From assembly GCF_001194135.2 (NCBI RefSeq), contig NC_068984.1, positions 48,614,882 through 48,665,637 of the forward strand: a stretch of 50,756 nucleotides of DNA, written 5' to 3'. The number at the start of each line of letters is the position of its first letter. Position 1 is the first letter of the stretch. This DNA is from Octopus bimaculoides (Eukaryota). This document shows, in pieces, positions 50,050 through 50,756 of this stretch. The notes beneath the pieces were generated by a model. That model did not search any database, was not told where the DNA came from, and saw only the letters and a program-made list of their open reading frames with translations. The position numbers and the translations under genes were made by a program.

Positions 50050-50756
50050 GTATATATATATGAGAACGGTTGAGTTCAATTTCACCTTTTTACTTTGTGG
50101 GGATCTAAAGTTAGATTTCTAATAAAGATTCTTCATATTAAATTAGTAGCTTACTATTGTGAGTATTTTTTTAATAATATGCAAATGTTACAAGTATAAG
50201 GTGTATTATGAGCATTTATAGAACATAATCCTATATAAACTCAACAAACAATTAAAGATGGAGAAGAGATGTAAGAAGTTTTATAAAATTTTAATCCATG
50301 CATACGATCGTTTCGAATGGTAACACCATGTAAGAAACATGGAAAAAATTAAATTAATTATAATAATAATTAAACTAATTTAATTACATATTGCCATTCT
50401 TCTCAGTGCGAAAAAAGGAATACATAAGAAAGAAAGTATCAGAAGATTATTATGTTGTTACAGAAGACTATATGGAGTCCGTGTCACATAACTCATTTGG
50501 ATATTCATAATATGATTATAAAAGATGAAATATAATAACATGCTTAGGTAGTGTTAAGTCTAGTTGTGTAAGAACTAAAATTAATGTGGCAAACGGATAT
50601 TTGAAATATAAGTGAAAAAAAGTTTAAGAAACATTCTCTCAATATGAGGATAATAGTATAGTGAAATACATACCATATAAAGTATTTATCATAAGGAGTA
50701 AATTATATTATATTTATATATACACATACATACAGAGGCGCATACATATATATATA

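Overview
This is AT-rich, repeat-dense eukaryotic genomic DNA with nine N-gaps (about 2.6 kb in total). It is most likely from an octopus or another coleoid cephalopod; that is an inference from my recall of the SINE families, plus the microsatellite load. I find no intact protein-coding gene, and nearly all long ORFs in the supplied track come from microsatellites or N-runs. The recognisable content is decayed mobile DNA: a Neptune-type Penelope-like element (RT C-terminus, Cys linker, GIY-YIG) joined head-to-head to a CR1/L2-type LINE; two restriction-like-endonuclease (R4/Dong-type) LINE fragments; an RTE LINE fragment; two internally deleted DD37D (maT-type) transposons; a Tc1 DD34E transposase remnant; two inverted-repeat MITE-like elements; and several tRNA-type SINEs. 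The most interesting signal is a set of hammerhead-ribozyme-like motifs. One on the minus strand at 33365-33436 folds into a nearly complete type I hammerhead. Several decayed motifs, in mutually dissimilar sequence, share a layout of hammerhead, pyrimidine-rich tail, then microsatellite. Also notable are a roughly 90-bp-arm fold-back hairpin nested in a MITE, a MITE with an 8-bp TSD that carries telomeric repeats, and a speculative in-frame micro-exon chain at 15963-16740.
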